The translations under genes were made by a program, and so were the position numbers. Positions 10,548 to 21,166 of a DNA stretch of 64,000 nucleotides are shown in pieces. The notes under the pieces were generated by a model. The model ran no database searches. It was not told where the DNA came from and saw nothing but the letters and a program-made list of their open reading frames with translations. The stretch's first letter is position 1; each line of letters starts with the position of its first letter. The stretch is from Planctomycetota bacterium (lineage in GTDB: Bacteria > Planctomycetota > MHYJ01 > WSZJ01). The DNA is taken from contig JBBTCT010000026.1 in assembly GCA_038060895.1 (NCBI GenBank), positions 39,386 through 103,385 on the forward strand, written 5' to 3'.

Positions 10548-11710
10548 GCGCCCCGAGGGTGCGGGTGACGTTCGTCCTTCCGAGCCTGCTCATCGGCGGG
10601 ATCGAGCGGCACCTGATCAAGATGCTGGCGCTGTTCGACCGCGCGCGATTCTCGCTCGCGGTGATCACCCTGTTCGACTACCCGGAGCGCCAGAATCTCT
10701 ACTCAGAAGTCCCGCGGGACGTCCGCGTCGAGCGCCTCGCGTTCCGGGGCTTCTGGGACGCGCGTTCGTGGACGCGGCTCTGCCGCGCCCTCAACGACAC
10801 TTCCCCCGACGTCGTCGTGAGCAGCATGTTCTCCGCCAACGCCGCCGTGCGACTGCTCAAGCCGGTGCTCGCCTACCGCGTCGTGACGCGCGAACACAAC
10901 CTGTACGACGACAAGAAGTGGTACCACTGCCTCCTCGACCACGCGTTCTCGTACCTCTCCGACGGCGCCGTCGCGGTCTCGCGCATGGTCGCGGACTACG
11001 CTTCCGCCCAGGCCCGCATTCCGCGGCGAAAGTTCACGGTGATTCACAACGGAGTGGACCTCGACCGCATTCGCGAATTTGCCGCGAGCTCCGGGCCTGA
11101 GGTCGCGCGCGTGCGGTCGGAGCTCGGAATCGGCCCGGACCGGAAGATCGTCCTGAACGTGGCGCGCCTCAAGCCGCAGAAGAACCACGACCTCCTCATC
11201 GACGGGTTCGACCTCTTCTGGAAAAGCCACCCGGAGTACATCCTCGTCGTCGCCGGGGACGGGGTCGAGCGGCCACGGCTGGACGCCTCCATCGCGCAAC
11301 GCGGCCTCGGCGACCGCGTGCGGATGCTCGGTTTCCGCAAGGACGTCTACTCCTGGTTCGCGGCCGCCGATATGTTCGCGCTGACTTCGCGCCGCGAAGG
11401 ATTCCCGAACGTCGGCGTCGAAGCGCTGGCCTTCGGCCTCCCGTTCGTTTCCACGCTCGTCTCGGGCGTCGATGAGATCATCGAGGACGGCCGCAACGGC
11501 TACATCACCGCCGCCGACCCGGAAGCGCTGGCCGCCGCCCTGGGCCGCGTCGCCGCCCTGACCGCCGCCGACCGCGCGAAGCTCAGCGTGGCCTGCCAGG
11601 AGACCGCGCGCCGCTTCGACATGCCGCGCATCGTGCGCAAGTACGAGGATTTCATCCTGCGCTGCTGCCGCCGCGGCGACCTTTCGCCCTCCCCGGTCGC
11701 CGCCTCATGA
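10544..11710 (+). CDS. GT4 glycosyltransferase
   Basis: ATGA overlap with the upstream stop. GGIERH, VARLKPQKNH and EGFPNVGVEA motifs. Confidence 0.9.
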   Translation: MSAPRVRVTFVLPSLLIGGIERHLIKMLALFDRARFSLAVITLFDYPERQNLYSEVPRDVRVERLAFRGFWDARSWTRLCRALNDTSPDVVVSSMFSANAAVRLLKPVLAYRVVTREHNLYDDKKWYHCLLDHAFSYLSDGAVAVSRMVADYASAQARIPRRKFTVIHNGVDLDRIREFAASSGPEVARVRSELGIGPDRKIVLNVARLKPQKNHDLLIDGFDLFWKSHPEYILVVAGDGVERPRLDASIAQRGLGDRVRMLGFRKDVYSWFAAADMFALTSRREGFPNVGVEALAFGLPFVSTLVSGVDEIIEDGRNGYITAADPEALAAALGRVAALTAADRAKLSVACQETARRFDMPRIVRKYEDFILRCCRRGDLSPSPVAAS

Positions 11711-12777
11711 AACTGTTCCACCTCATCACCACCCTCGACATCGGCGGAGCTGAGAACCACCTCCTCTCGCTTCTCCCGCGCCTCCCCCGCCCCGAATTCG
11801 ACGTCCAGGTCGGCTACCTCAAGGGCGCAGGAGGGCTCGCCCCACGTTTCCGTGAAGCCGGCATCCCCGTCACCGACTTCCACCTGAAGCATGCGGCGGA
11901 CGCCCTCGTGGTCCGACGACTCGCGAAAGCGTTCGAGGGAAGCGACCTGGTCCACACGCACCTGTTCAAGGCCGACGTCTTCGGCGCGGCAGCCGCGAAA
12001 ATGTCGGGCGTGAAGAGGCTGGTCTCGTCGAAGCACAACGAGGACCAGTACCTCAAGGACTTCGCGGCCGGGATGATCGGGCGGATGGCCGCGCGGGCGG
12101 CCGACAAGGTCGTCTGCATTTCGGAAGCGGTGAACCGGTTCATGCGCGAGCGGGGGTTGCGGGAGGACCGGCTCGTGACCATCCCGTACGGCCTCGAAGA
12201 ACGTGCGCCCGACCTGTCGAAGCGGCAGCGGCTGCGCCGCGAGTTCGGCGCAGGCCACGAGGACTTCGTCGTGGGCACCATGGGGCGCCTCGAAGAGCAG
12301 AAGGGACAGAGCTACCTCATTGCCGCGATGCGTCAATGCTCCGGCAGGCTCGTCATCGTCGGCAAGGGCTCTCTCGAAGCCTCGCTGAAAAAACTCGCCG
12401 CCCCTCTCGGGGACCGCGTCCACTTCGCGGGCTTCCGCAACGACGTCCACGACGTGATGGGAGCGTTCGACCTGTTCGTCCTTCCATCCCTCTGGGAAGG
12501 TTTCGGCCTCGTGCTCCTCGAGGCCATGGCCCAGGCGCGCGCCGTCGTGGCGACCTCTTCCGGCGCAATCCCGGAAATCGTTTCGGAGGGCACGACCGGC
12601 TACGTGGTGCCGCCCTCGGACGCGATGGCCCTCGCCTCCGCCATCACGGCCATCATCTCCGATCCCGCCCGGGCCCGCGCGCTGGGCGAGGCCGGGCGAA
12701 AACGCCTGCTCGAACACTTCGGCATCGGGCGCATGGTCGACGCGTACGTGGACTTGTACCGGGGGTTGCACGGATGA
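11707..12777 (+). CDS. GT4 glycosyltransferase
   Basis: GGAENH, GRLEEQKG and EGFGLVLLEAM motifs. Confidence 0.92.
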   Translation: MKLFHLITTLDIGGAENHLLSLLPRLPRPEFDVQVGYLKGAGGLAPRFREAGIPVTDFHLKHAADALVVRRLAKAFEGSDLVHTHLFKADVFGAAAAKMSGVKRLVSSKHNEDQYLKDFAAGMIGRMAARAADKVVCISEAVNRFMRERGLREDRLVTIPYGLEERAPDLSKRQRLRREFGAGHEDFVVGTMGRLEEQKGQSYLIAAMRQCSGRLVIVGKGSLEASLKKLAAPLGDRVHFAGFRNDVHDVMGAFDLFVLPSLWEGFGLVLLEAMAQARAVVATSSGAIPEIVSEGTTGYVVPPSDAMALASAITAIISDPARARALGEAGRKRLLEHFGIGRMVDAYVDLYRGLHG

Positions 12778-13898
12778 GTCGCCTCCCCATTCTCCTGGTG
12801 ACGCGCCCCGGCATCGGCGGCGCGGCCAAGCACGTCCAGATGATCTGCGACCTTATCGACAAGTCCGCCTTCGACGTGAGCGTCGCGGCCTCCCCTCTCG
12901 AGGACCCGCGTTTCCTCATCCAGCTCGCCCAATCCGGCGTCCGCGTAATCGAATTTCCGTTGAAGCGCGAGCCGCACCCGGCGGACGTACTCGCGCTGTT
13001 CGGCCTCGTCAAGCTGCTCCGGCGGCGCCGCCCGGCGCTCGTCCACGCGCACACTTCCAAACCCGGGCTGCTGGCGCGGCTGGCGGGAACGGCGTGGGGG
13101 ATCCCGACGCTCTACACGCCCCATGGCTTTTATTTTCACTACGACCTGCCGGCCTGGAAGCGTCGCCTCTACCGCGAGCTGGAGCGGGTCGCGGGGATGT
13201 GGACGACGCGCATGATCTGCGTGACCGAGGAGGAGGCGCGGCAGGCCGACGAAGCGCACCTGGTTCCGCCGTCGAAGGTCTTCGTTCTCCCGAACGCCCT
13301 CCGGCTCGACCAGTGCGAGGCGAAGCGCACGCGCGCCGAGGTGCGCGCCGAGTTCGGCATCCCGCTTCACGCGCCGCTGTTCGTAATGGTCGGCCGCCTC
13401 GCGTCCCCGAAAGACCCCTTCACGCTCCTCCGTGCCGTGGATCGCCTCGCGGACGATGTCCACGTGCTCTTCGCAGGCGACGGCCCGCAGAAAGCAGAAG
13501 TCGCGGGGCTCGCGCGCGAGCTGGGAATGGAAAAGCGCGTTCACCTCCCCGGCCACCGCGACGATCCCATGGACCTGACGGCGGCGGGCGACATCGCGGT
13601 GCTTTCGTCGAAGTGGGAGGGGCTTCCCTTTGCGCTCCTGGAAGCGATGGCGCTGTCCCGTCCGCTCGTCGCAACCGACGTGAGCGGTTGTCGCGATGCT
13701 CTCGGCGGCACGGGCGCCGGCGTGCTCGTCCCGGTTTCGGACCCCGACGCGATGGCGAAGGCGCTCGGGATGCTCTGGGCCGACCCGAACGGCCGCGCGA
13801 AGATGGGTGAGACGGGACGGCGGCTGGTCGAGGAGAAGTACAGCGCCGGGCTGTGGATCAAGCGGCTCGAGGCGCTCTATCGATCGGTCGCGCGCTGA
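12774..13898 (+). CDS. GT4 glycosyltransferase
   Basis: ATGA overlap. VHAHTSKPG, GRLASPKD and EGLPFALLEAM motifs. Confidence 0.9.
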   Translation: MSRLPILLVTRPGIGGAAKHVQMICDLIDKSAFDVSVAASPLEDPRFLIQLAQSGVRVIEFPLKREPHPADVLALFGLVKLLRRRRPALVHAHTSKPGLLARLAGTAWGIPTLYTPHGFYFHYDLPAWKRRLYRELERVAGMWTTRMICVTEEEARQADEAHLVPPSKVFVLPNALRLDQCEAKRTRAEVRAEFGIPLHAPLFVMVGRLASPKDPFTLLRAVDRLADDVHVLFAGDGPQKAEVAGLARELGMEKRVHLPGHRDDPMDLTAAGDIAVLSSKWEGLPFALLEAMALSRPLVATDVSGCRDALGGTGAGVLVPVSDPDAMAKALGMLWADPNGRAKMGETGRRLVEEKYSAGLWIKRLEALYRSVAR

Positions 13899-13914
13899 GG
13901 GAGAAGCAGATCGC

Positions 13915-14125
13915 TCGAGCTGAGCGATCAAGCTGCCTGACGGCCATCAGGTCGCCGTCGCATACCGCGCGTACATCCCCTTCCCGAAGAGTCACCAACG
14001 CCGCTGTCTTCCCGGAAGCACTCACGAATTCGACTTCCAGGCCTGGCCCCGTCCTCGAGTCGATATCAAGACTGCGGGCCACGCGAAATCCAAAAACGGT
14101 CGTGTCGGATCGCGAGCGCTCACAT
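13915..14125 (-). pseudogene. DUF4926-like protein remnant
   Basis: GLEVEFVSASGKTAALVTLREGDVRAV..DLMAVRQL resembles the DUF4926 C-terminal half. The N-terminus is not intact in frame. Confidence 0.5.
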
Positions 14126-14238
14126 CGTCCCGAGGCGCGGTCGGAGAAAGTCCCGATCGAGCCCGCGCTGCGCCGCGCCGGTGAAGCGCCCGCCGCCGTC
14201 CTCGCGAGATCCAGGTGTCAGGCGAACGTCGTGCATGC

Positions 14239-15408
14239 TTACTTGTCCCTCAACGCCTTCAGCTTTGACGCAAAGAACTTCCAGCCCTCGAAGTGCTCCG
14301 CGCGTTCCGCCTTTCCATCCTCCGTATCGGCGTAGGGCCCGTGCGTTATCGTCATCCGGGTGCCGTTCTCGATCAGCTCAAGATCGATCGTCACTTTCAG
14401 CGCCGGCTTGTCCTTCGGTTCGTGGTCCCACTTCCACGTGAACCCGAACTGCTTACACGGGACCCATGTCGTGATTTCGCCGCGAAGCGTCCACTTCTGC
14501 GCAGGCCACGACAACACGTGCGTGCCGCCGACCTTGTCGCCGACCTCCGCCTTCGTCGCCCACCACTTCTCGAGCAGTTCCGGCTTCGTGTGATGGTCAA
14601 ACATCTCCTGCGGCGAAAACCCGGGGAAGTCGCCCTGGAGGACGAGTGTGTCCTTCGCTGTGGAGACGTCCTTCAGGGCCGCCGGGATTTCCTGGAAGAG
14701 GTCCTTCGTCGGAGTCGAGCTCAGGATGAGGAGGCTGCCCTGGCCCCATTCGATCTGCGCGATGGCGCCTTCGTCCGTCACCCAGGCATAAGTGGGCGGT
14801 CGTTCCAGGCGGTGAGCCTCGTACTTCCAGACGTTCAGGGTCTTCCCCTCCCAGGCCAGCTGCTCCTGTCCAAGGCACCGGATGACGACCTTGCCGGCCA
14901 TCGCGGGAACGCCTGACAAGCTGATCTCCGCAAAGCCCAGGGCGGGCGTCAGTTCTTCGCGCGGCATCGTCGCAGCCAGCACGATGGTGAGTCCGGCGCT
15001 GGCTTGGGAGCTCGTGTCGATCAGGACTTCTTCCTTCTTCTCCGAGGAGGATTTGGCGCCCCGGCCGACAATGCCCTTCTTCGCCTCGGACCATTCGGCC
15101 TCGGCGGACGGGCCGCCGTCGACCTCCATGGCGGCGCGCACGAAATTCCTCCGGGCATCGACTTCCATGGAACGCTTCTCGGCGTAATGTCCGCCCGGAT
15201 AGGCGACCTTGAGCTCCCACGTGGACTTGAGCCCACCGCCCGCCGGCTTGTCGATCGTCAGGCGCATGTATCCCTCGGTCTTCCCGTGCTGTTCGACGGC
15301 GCGGTACCAGAACTCGCCGGTCTTCACGGGCGGCCAGGGCGCCGCTTCCTCGGCGCGGACCAGCGACAGGGTTGCGAAGACCGGCAGGATTGCGAGAACA
15401 CGCTTCAT
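14239..15408 (-). CDS. Secreted protein with C-terminal SRPBCC (AHSA1-like) domain
   Basis: Signal peptide. C-terminal TKPELLEKWW..FGFTWKWD..GTRMTITHGP..EHFEGWKFF pattern. Confidence 0.8.
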   Translation of the reverse strand: MKRVLAILPVFATLSLVRAEEAAPWPPVKTGEFWYRAVEQHGKTEGYMRLTIDKPAGGGLKSTWELKVAYPGGHYAEKRSMEVDARRNFVRAAMEVDGGPSAEAEWSEAKKGIVGRGAKSSSEKKEEVLIDTSSQASAGLTIVLAATMPREELTPALGFAEISLSGVPAMAGKVVIRCLGQEQLAWEGKTLNVWKYEAHRLERPPTYAWVTDEGAIAQIEWGQGSLLILSSTPTKDLFQEIPAALKDVSTAKDTLVLQGDFPGFSPQEMFDHHTKPELLEKWWATKAEVGDKVGGTHVLSWPAQKWTLRGEITTWVPCKQFGFTWKWDHEPKDKPALKVTIDLELIENGTRMTITHGPYADTEDGKAERAEHFEGWKFFASKLKALRDK

Positions 15409-15669
15409 CGGGATCTCCGGGTCAGGGGCGAGTGCGCCGGGGAGTGTTGTAGCATTCCCGCGCCGAAACCGAAGTCGCTCCTTGTTCCGGCGCCGCGGCA
15501 GGCCCGCCAGGAAACCGCCCGGGTCATCAGCGCATGCAAGGGTTCCTCGTGAAGAGAGTGCTCACGGGGGCGCCGCTCCGGAGCGGTTCCCTGCCGGGTC
15601 CGCCGGAAAGAGAAGGGGAACCGCGAATCTGTGGAGAGATCCGCGATTCCCGAATTGAACGGTCAGGAG

Positions 15670-16017
15670 TTACTTGCGGCGGGGCCCGTGATGCCGGTCC
15701 CGGCGATTCTCCCGGCGGTCGCGATGATTCTCGCGGCGATCCTTCACGTCCTCGCGCTTGTCGCGGATGTCTTCGGCCTTGTCCCGCTTGTCCTCGATCT
15801 TGTCCTTCTTGCCGCCGTCATGCTTCGCATCCCGCTTGTCTTCCATCTTGTCCTTCACGTCTTCCTTCTTGTCGCGCACGTCCTCACGACGATCCTTCCG
15901 GTCCTCGACCCTGTCCTTCACGTCCTCTTTCGCGTCCTTGCCCGGCTCGGCGAACGCCGGCGCCGCGAAACTCACGAACAGCGCCACAACCGTTCCCGCC
16001 AGAATCCGGCTCAGCAT
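15670..16017 (-). CDS. Small secreted highly charged repeat protein
   Basis: AGGAGG RBS, signal peptide, repeated DRRED/DKKED-type heptads. Confidence 0.75.
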   Translation of the reverse strand: MLSRILAGTVVALFVSFAAPAFAEPGKDAKEDVKDRVEDRKDRREDVRDKKEDVKDKMEDKRDAKHDGGKKDKIEDKRDKAEDIRDKREDVKDRRENHRDRRENRRDRHHGPRRK

Positions 16018-16213
16018 CTGAACCTCCTTGGGTTATCGAGGATCCCTTGCCTTCGCCTCTCTAAACCCAAGATTTCCGGCCCGGTTTCGCGGTATTTTGT
16101 AAAAAAATTTGCCCGGAATCGGGGGGGGTGTGCGGAATCGCACGAATCGTAAAGGGCGCCGGAGACGTCAAACGGTACGACCAATCCAGCTGCATCCGGC
16201 GCTACCGTGCCTT

Positions 16214-16270
16214 GATCCCAATCCCCATCCCAATCCCCATCCCCCCCCTGCCCATTCCCAGCCCTTCCAA
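16214..16270. repeat. Short C-rich tandem repeat (CCCAAT/CCCCAT)
   Basis: atcccaatccccatcccaatccccatccccccc downstream of the minus-strand VOC gene. Confidence 0.6.
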
Positions 16271-16283
16271 TCCCCTGCCGTTC

Positions 16284-16853
16284 CTACTTCGACCCGATCT
16301 TCACCTTCACCCTCTGCGGCGTCGAATCCAGTTTCTTCCGCACGGTCGTCTTCGGGTCCATCATCCCCCAGAGATCCACCGAGATGCCGTTCGGCGTGCG
16401 GAACGTCGCGCAATAGATCGGCGAGCCGTGTTGCGACACGGGCTTCTTCTCGAACGAAACGCCCCGCTTTTCGAATTCGAGCGCCGTCCCGTAAATGTCC
16501 TCGACCATGAACTGCAGGCGGATCGCATCCCTCGGCGTCGGCGAAGCGTCGTCCTTGGCGCGGACGACGCCGAAATAAAAGTCTTTGTCCGGGCTCGTGA
16601 ACATCGCGTAGTCCTTGTCGAACGCGTTCGTCGGGAAACCGAGCACGTCGATGAAGAACCCGATCTCGGAAGCGAAGTCCGTGACCGTGTATTCGATGCA
16701 ATGCTTCCAGCAGGTCCCCCACTTGATCGACCAGGGATTCGCAGGTTTCGACCAGAGCCGCTTCCAGTCCTCCGGCGATTTGGCGGCACGGGCGGCGGCG
16801 ATTCGGGCCTCGCCGAGTTTCCTGAAGTCGAGTGATGTGGCGCGCGTGGTCAT
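16284..16853 (-). CDS. VOC family protein
   Basis: IEYTVTDFASEIGFFIDVLG, LQFMVEDI and FRTPNGISVDLW. Confidence 0.75.
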   Translation of the reverse strand: MTTRATSLDFRKLGEARIAAARAAKSPEDWKRLWSKPANPWSIKWGTCWKHCIEYTVTDFASEIGFFIDVLGFPTNAFDKDYAMFTSPDKDFYFGVVRAKDDASPTPRDAIRLQFMVEDIYGTALEFEKRGVSFEKKPVSQHGSPIYCATFRTPNGISVDLWGMMDPKTTVRKKLDSTPQRVKVKIGSK

Positions 16854-16989
16854 GGAGGTCTCCCGGGGATCGAGTCCGGGCATTCTCGCGCGAAAGGGCT
16901 CCTGCGTTCAAGGGACAGCGCACCGGTGACTGCGCCTTCTCGTCGAATCGCTTGGCGCGCCCCCGCGGGATGCGGACAATAGGGGCGTC

Positions 16990-17970
16990 ATGTACATCAC
17001 TCCCCAGGAGATCAACCGCGCCGTCCGCATCCTCGAGACCGGCGGCCTCGTCGCGTTCCCGACGGAAACGGTGTACGGGCTGGGCGCCGACGCGGCGAAC
17101 GAGGATGCGGTGAAGCGGATCTACACCGTGAAAGGACGGCCGGGCGGGCACCCGCTGATCGTGCACATCGCGGACGCGAACATGGTCGCGGAGTGGACCG
17201 AAGAATTTCCTGAGGCGGCGCACCGGGTCGCGGCGCGTTTCTGGCCGGGGCCGCTCACGCTCGTTCTGAAGAAGAAACCCGCGGTGCTCTCCATCGTGAC
17301 GGGCGGTCAGGATACGGTCGCTCTTCGAGTCCCGGGACACCCTGTGGCGCAGGCGCTCCTGAAGGCTTTCGGCGGCGGGGTCGCGGCGCCTTCCGCGAAC
17401 CGCTTCGGCAAAGTCAGCCCGACGACGGCGCAGCACGTGTACGACGACCTCGGCAAGGACGTGGACCTGGTGCTCGACGGCGGCCCGTGCGCGGTCGGAA
17501 TCGAGTCGACGATTCTCGACCTGTCGAGCGACGAGCCGGCGATCCTGCGGCCCGGAGGCATTACGCGCGAAGAAATCGAAGCGACGCTGGGCCGTCCGGT
17601 TCCCGTCGTGAAGTCCAGCGGCAAGACACGCGTCCCGGGACAGCTCCCGACGCACTACGCCCCGAAGGCGCAGATCGTGCTCGCGAAGCCGGAGGAGTTG
17701 CTCGAAAAGGCGAACCGCCTCCGGGCCCACGGCAAGTCAGTCGTGATCCTGACCAATTCCCTTCCCGACAAGCCCCCGATCGGCATCGAGACGATCATGC
17801 TCCCGGTTTCGCTCGCCGAACTCGCGCGCGGCCTATACGAAGCACTCCGGGAAGTGGACCGGCGCCGCTTCCAGGCTGCGGTGATCTGCGTCCCATCGAC
17901 GGCAGGGCTCGGTCTTGCGGTAGTAGATCGCCTCGAGAAGGCCGCCGGCGCGACCGAGGTCAGGGAGTAG
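16990..17970 (+). CDS. sua5: L-threonylcarbamoyladenylate synthase (Sua5/TsaC2)
   Basis: VAFPTETVYGLGADA, KGRP..PLIVH, FWPGPLT, AAPSAN and C-terminal PGQLPTHYAP. Confidence 0.95.
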   Translation: MYITPQEINRAVRILETGGLVAFPTETVYGLGADAANEDAVKRIYTVKGRPGGHPLIVHIADANMVAEWTEEFPEAAHRVAARFWPGPLTLVLKKKPAVLSIVTGGQDTVALRVPGHPVAQALLKAFGGGVAAPSANRFGKVSPTTAQHVYDDLGKDVDLVLDGGPCAVGIESTILDLSSDEPAILRPGGITREEIEATLGRPVPVVKSSGKTRVPGQLPTHYAPKAQIVLAKPEELLEKANRLRAHGKSVVILTNSLPDKPPIGIETIMLPVSLAELARGLYEALREVDRRRFQAAVICVPSTAGLGLAVVDRLEKAAGATEVRE

Positions 17971-17992
17971 AGGGAGCTGGCGGCGCCGCGGC

Positions 17993-20641
17993 TCACGCAG
18001 CCTCGCGCTCCGGTGGTTCCTCGCCCGGTGCCTCCATCCAGGTCAGGATCGGGGGTAGCACGAGGAGGCTTGCAAAGAGGTAGCAAAGCATCCCGACGGA
18101 AATTGCGACGCCGAGGCTCTTCATGGCGCGATTGGCCGAAAACGCCAGGCTCCCGAATCCGACGATCGTGGTCAGGCTGGTCAGCGTCAGGCTGGGCCAA
18201 AGCGAAGACACGGTGTCCATGCAGCTCCTCCGCTTGATTTCGCGGAACCGTTCCACGAGGTAGAGGCCGTTGTCCGTGGCCATTCCAGCGAGGATCGGAA
18301 AGACGATCAGGTTCAGGTAGTTCATCTTCATGCCCATGAGCTTCAGGCAGCCCAGGAACCAGAACGTGCCGATGAACGCGGGGAGAATCGAGACGACCAT
18401 CCACCGGAAGGAGCCGTAGAGAATCCAGGCGAGCAGGATGCTGACGGCGCCGCCGGCGAGAGTGGACCAGAAGATGTCCGGGCCGATCCGGTCGTCGATC
18501 TCGCGAAGAACGACCGAAAACCCGGAGAGCACGGCGTCGGGCGAAGCGGCCTGTGCCGTCTGGCGAAGTTTCGCGATGAGGCGGCCGCGCTCGGCGCTGT
18601 CCTGAAGCGGCGACCGGGGCGTGAACCAGACGAGGGCCCGGACCGGCTGCGCGGCGTCGAACGCCATGAATCGCGAACGAAGTGAGAGGAAGAACGGGTC
18701 CTTGACTTCGGAGGGGCGCAAAGGAACCCGCGCCGCCAGCAGGCCGCGAAGCCAGGTGCGGGCGTCGTCGAACGCGGCGAGCTCGAACCCTTCGGCGTCG
18801 AGAGCCCGGTCCAGGTCGGCGACGACGCGATCTGCATCGATGGTCGCGAGCTTCGCGGCCTGCCGGGCCTGCGTTGGAGCCGGCGGCAGAAACTGAACGA
18901 TCGAGGCCGTCTGCGATTCCGGAAGCATGCCCACCGCCGAGGTCACCGCTTCCACGCGCTCCATCGCCTCGTCTTCCGTCGCACCGCGCACGACGATCAG
19001 GATGGGGTCATCCCCCGTCCCGAAGGCCGCCCGCATCCGCGCTTCGATTTCCAGGATCTGGTCGCCCTCCGTCCTGAGATTCTTCACGTCCGTCTCGCGC
19101 TCGGGCAGGCCGAGGGGTGGGCGGCTCATCGCGGCGAGGGACAGGACGGTCAGCAGCGCGGAGAGCGCCGTCGCGGCGACCGGCCGGCCGACGACGAAGG
19201 ACAGCGTGAACCGGGTGCCGGCCTTCGTCATGAGGAGGAGGCACGAAGCGACGATCAGGACGCCGAGCGAGGAGAGGAGCTGGACGGACCAGGCGAAGTA
19301 CACGCCGAAGAGGACCCAGCACGCGCGGACGGTCCAGCGGGAGATTTCTCGAGGCGTGCCTTGCTCGCGATCGAGCCGGGTGAAGAGCGGGATGACGAGA
19401 AACGTGGAGGCGAAGATGAGCAGGACGCCGACGCCGACGAGCGTCCCGAATTCTCTCAGCCCCCGGAATCCGCTGACCCACAGGCAGAGGATCGAAAACG
19501 CCGTGGTGATCATCGCGATGAACGCTCCCGGGCCGGTCCCCGCGTAGGTCCTGAATGACGCGTCGCGCGGTGAAAGCCCGAGGGCGCGCTCGTGGCGGTA
19601 TCGATGGAACATGTGGATCGTGAAGTCGATTCCCATGCCGGCGAGAAGCCCGGCGAACCCGACGGTGACGGCGGTCAGGTGCCCGTATACCAGCCCGGCC
19701 AGGCCGAAGGTCCAGAGGATGCCGACCGTGAGGGAGACCGCGCCGATGGCGAGGCTCGACCACCGCCGCAAAGAAATCAGCAGCATCAGCAGGACGGGAG
19801 GAACGGAGGTCAGGAGGTTGATCCTGAGGTCGGACTTGATGGCGATTTCGCTCTGAAGCGCGACGGGGTAGCCGCCCAGCAGCGACACGGTCCACCCCGC
19901 CGACTCGGGGACTTCCTGCCGGGCTTCCGCCAGCGCGCGGTCCACACGGCCGACCAGGACGCGGGAGAACGCGACGTTCTGCGGAGGTTGTTTTCCCTCG
20001 ATGGTCATGACGAGCGCCGTTCGCCCTTCGTTGAAGTAGTACCCCGACGAAAGGTCCATCGTCCCGCCCGGACGGCCCGCCGCGAGTCGCTTCAGGAAGA
20101 AATCCTCCGTCAGGCTCAGCGGATCACGCGCGACGAGCACGTCCGCCATCCCGATTCCCGGCCGCTGGAGGCGCCGCCGGTTCCGCCTGACCGCCTCCCG
20201 AATCGACCCTCGCTCCAGTCGCTGGAGAAACTTCTCCATGTCGTCGTCCGGGAGAAGCAGCGGCCCGCGCTGCGACACGAGTTCCACGAAAAAGCGCTCC
20301 GACTCTTCTTCGAGCTTCCAGTCCGCACCGAGAACCTCCGGCTGCCCCCGCAGACGCTTCCCGAGCGCGTCGGCCAGTTTCATGGCGCCGTCGTCGGAAG
20401 CCCTGGGATCTGTTTTCTCGAAGAAGGCGAACATCTGGCCCGTGAACGAGAAATGGTCCATGACCTCCTGGACGGCATCGACGGCCGGCGAGTCGGCGGG
20501 GAGGACCTGGGAGATGTCGCTGGAGAAGCGGAGGCGGAGGATCGCGAGGACGGAGAGGGCGGAAAGGACGGAGAGAATGGCAACCACAGCGCGAGGGCGG
20601 TGCCAGGCAAATTCGTGAAGGGCTGCGAAGATTCGGGACAT
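17993..20641 (-). CDS. MMPL/RND family transporter
   Basis: Two TM repeats with GMGIDFTIH and GMATDNGLY, and TTIVGFGSL. Confidence 0.88.
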   Translation of the reverse strand: MSRIFAALHEFAWHRPRAVVAILSVLSALSVLAILRLRFSSDISQVLPADSPAVDAVQEVMDHFSFTGQMFAFFEKTDPRASDDGAMKLADALGKRLRGQPEVLGADWKLEEESERFFVELVSQRGPLLLPDDDMEKFLQRLERGSIREAVRRNRRRLQRPGIGMADVLVARDPLSLTEDFFLKRLAAGRPGGTMDLSSGYYFNEGRTALVMTIEGKQPPQNVAFSRVLVGRVDRALAEARQEVPESAGWTVSLLGGYPVALQSEIAIKSDLRINLLTSVPPVLLMLLISLRRWSSLAIGAVSLTVGILWTFGLAGLVYGHLTAVTVGFAGLLAGMGIDFTIHMFHRYRHERALGLSPRDASFRTYAGTGPGAFIAMITTAFSILCLWVSGFRGLREFGTLVGVGVLLIFASTFLVIPLFTRLDREQGTPREISRWTVRACWVLFGVYFAWSVQLLSSLGVLIVASCLLLMTKAGTRFTLSFVVGRPVAATALSALLTVLSLAAMSRPPLGLPERETDVKNLRTEGDQILEIEARMRAAFGTGDDPILIVVRGATEDEAMERVEAVTSAVGMLPESQTASIVQFLPPAPTQARQAAKLATIDADRVVADLDRALDAEGFELAAFDDARTWLRGLLAARVPLRPSEVKDPFFLSLRSRFMAFDAAQPVRALVWFTPRSPLQDSAERGRLIAKLRQTAQAASPDAVLSGFSVVLREIDDRIGPDIFWSTLAGGAVSILLAWILYGSFRWMVVSILPAFIGTFWFLGCLKLMGMKMNYLNLIVFPILAGMATDNGLYLVERFREIKRRSCMDTVSSLWPSLTLTSLTTIVGFGSLAFSANRAMKSLGVAISVGMLCYLFASLLVLPPILTWMEAPGEEPPEREAA

Positions 20642-20807
20642 GGGGCCTGTTCGATACCCTCCACGCGGAGGCGCCGCAAGGGAGAAATTCCGGGATTCCT
20701 GTCGATCCTGTCCCGTGGCGTCCGTCGTGATGACGAGCGGGAATTGCTTGACCACTTCCGCGGTTTGATATAACAAAAGACTAACATCGTAAGCAGGGGT
20801 TCAAGGA

Positions 20808-21116
20808 ATGCACAGCCACCCAGGTGCCCATTCGCCTTCCCGCCTCCTCCAGGAGTTGCCGAACGTCGGCCCGAGCGTCGCCGGGGACCTTCTCCGGCTC
20901 GGGATCCAGGCGCCGTCGCAACTGAAGGGGCGCGACCCGTTCCGGATGTACGAGCAGCTTTGCCGCAAGGACGGGGTCAGGCACGACCCGTGCCTCATCG
21001 ATGTTTTTATTTCGATCACCGAAATTGCGAAGGGCAGACCAGCTCAACCCTGGTGGCACTTCACGTCGCAACGCAAGGCAGCAATGCTGAAAAGGGGCAG
21101 CGCTTCGAAGCGCTGA
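20808..21116 (+). CDS. Helix-hairpin-helix protein (mitomycin resistance McrB/Cdd1-like)
   Basis: LQELPNVGPSVAGDLLRLGI, DPFRMYEQLC, HDPCLIDVF and PWWHFT. Confidence 0.85.
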   Translation: MHSHPGAHSPSRLLQELPNVGPSVAGDLLRLGIQAPSQLKGRDPFRMYEQLCRKDGVRHDPCLIDVFISITEIAKGRPAQPWWHFTSQRKAAMLKRGSASKR

Positions 21117-21166
21117 CGGAACATACCGATGCACGGAGAGAACCTCGTTTGAGAAGGGAGACCTGC

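Noticed and set aside
15631-16152. Hydrophobic 173-aa + strand ORF
   Set aside because: Antisense shadow of the charged-repeat gene, which has the RBS and signal peptide.
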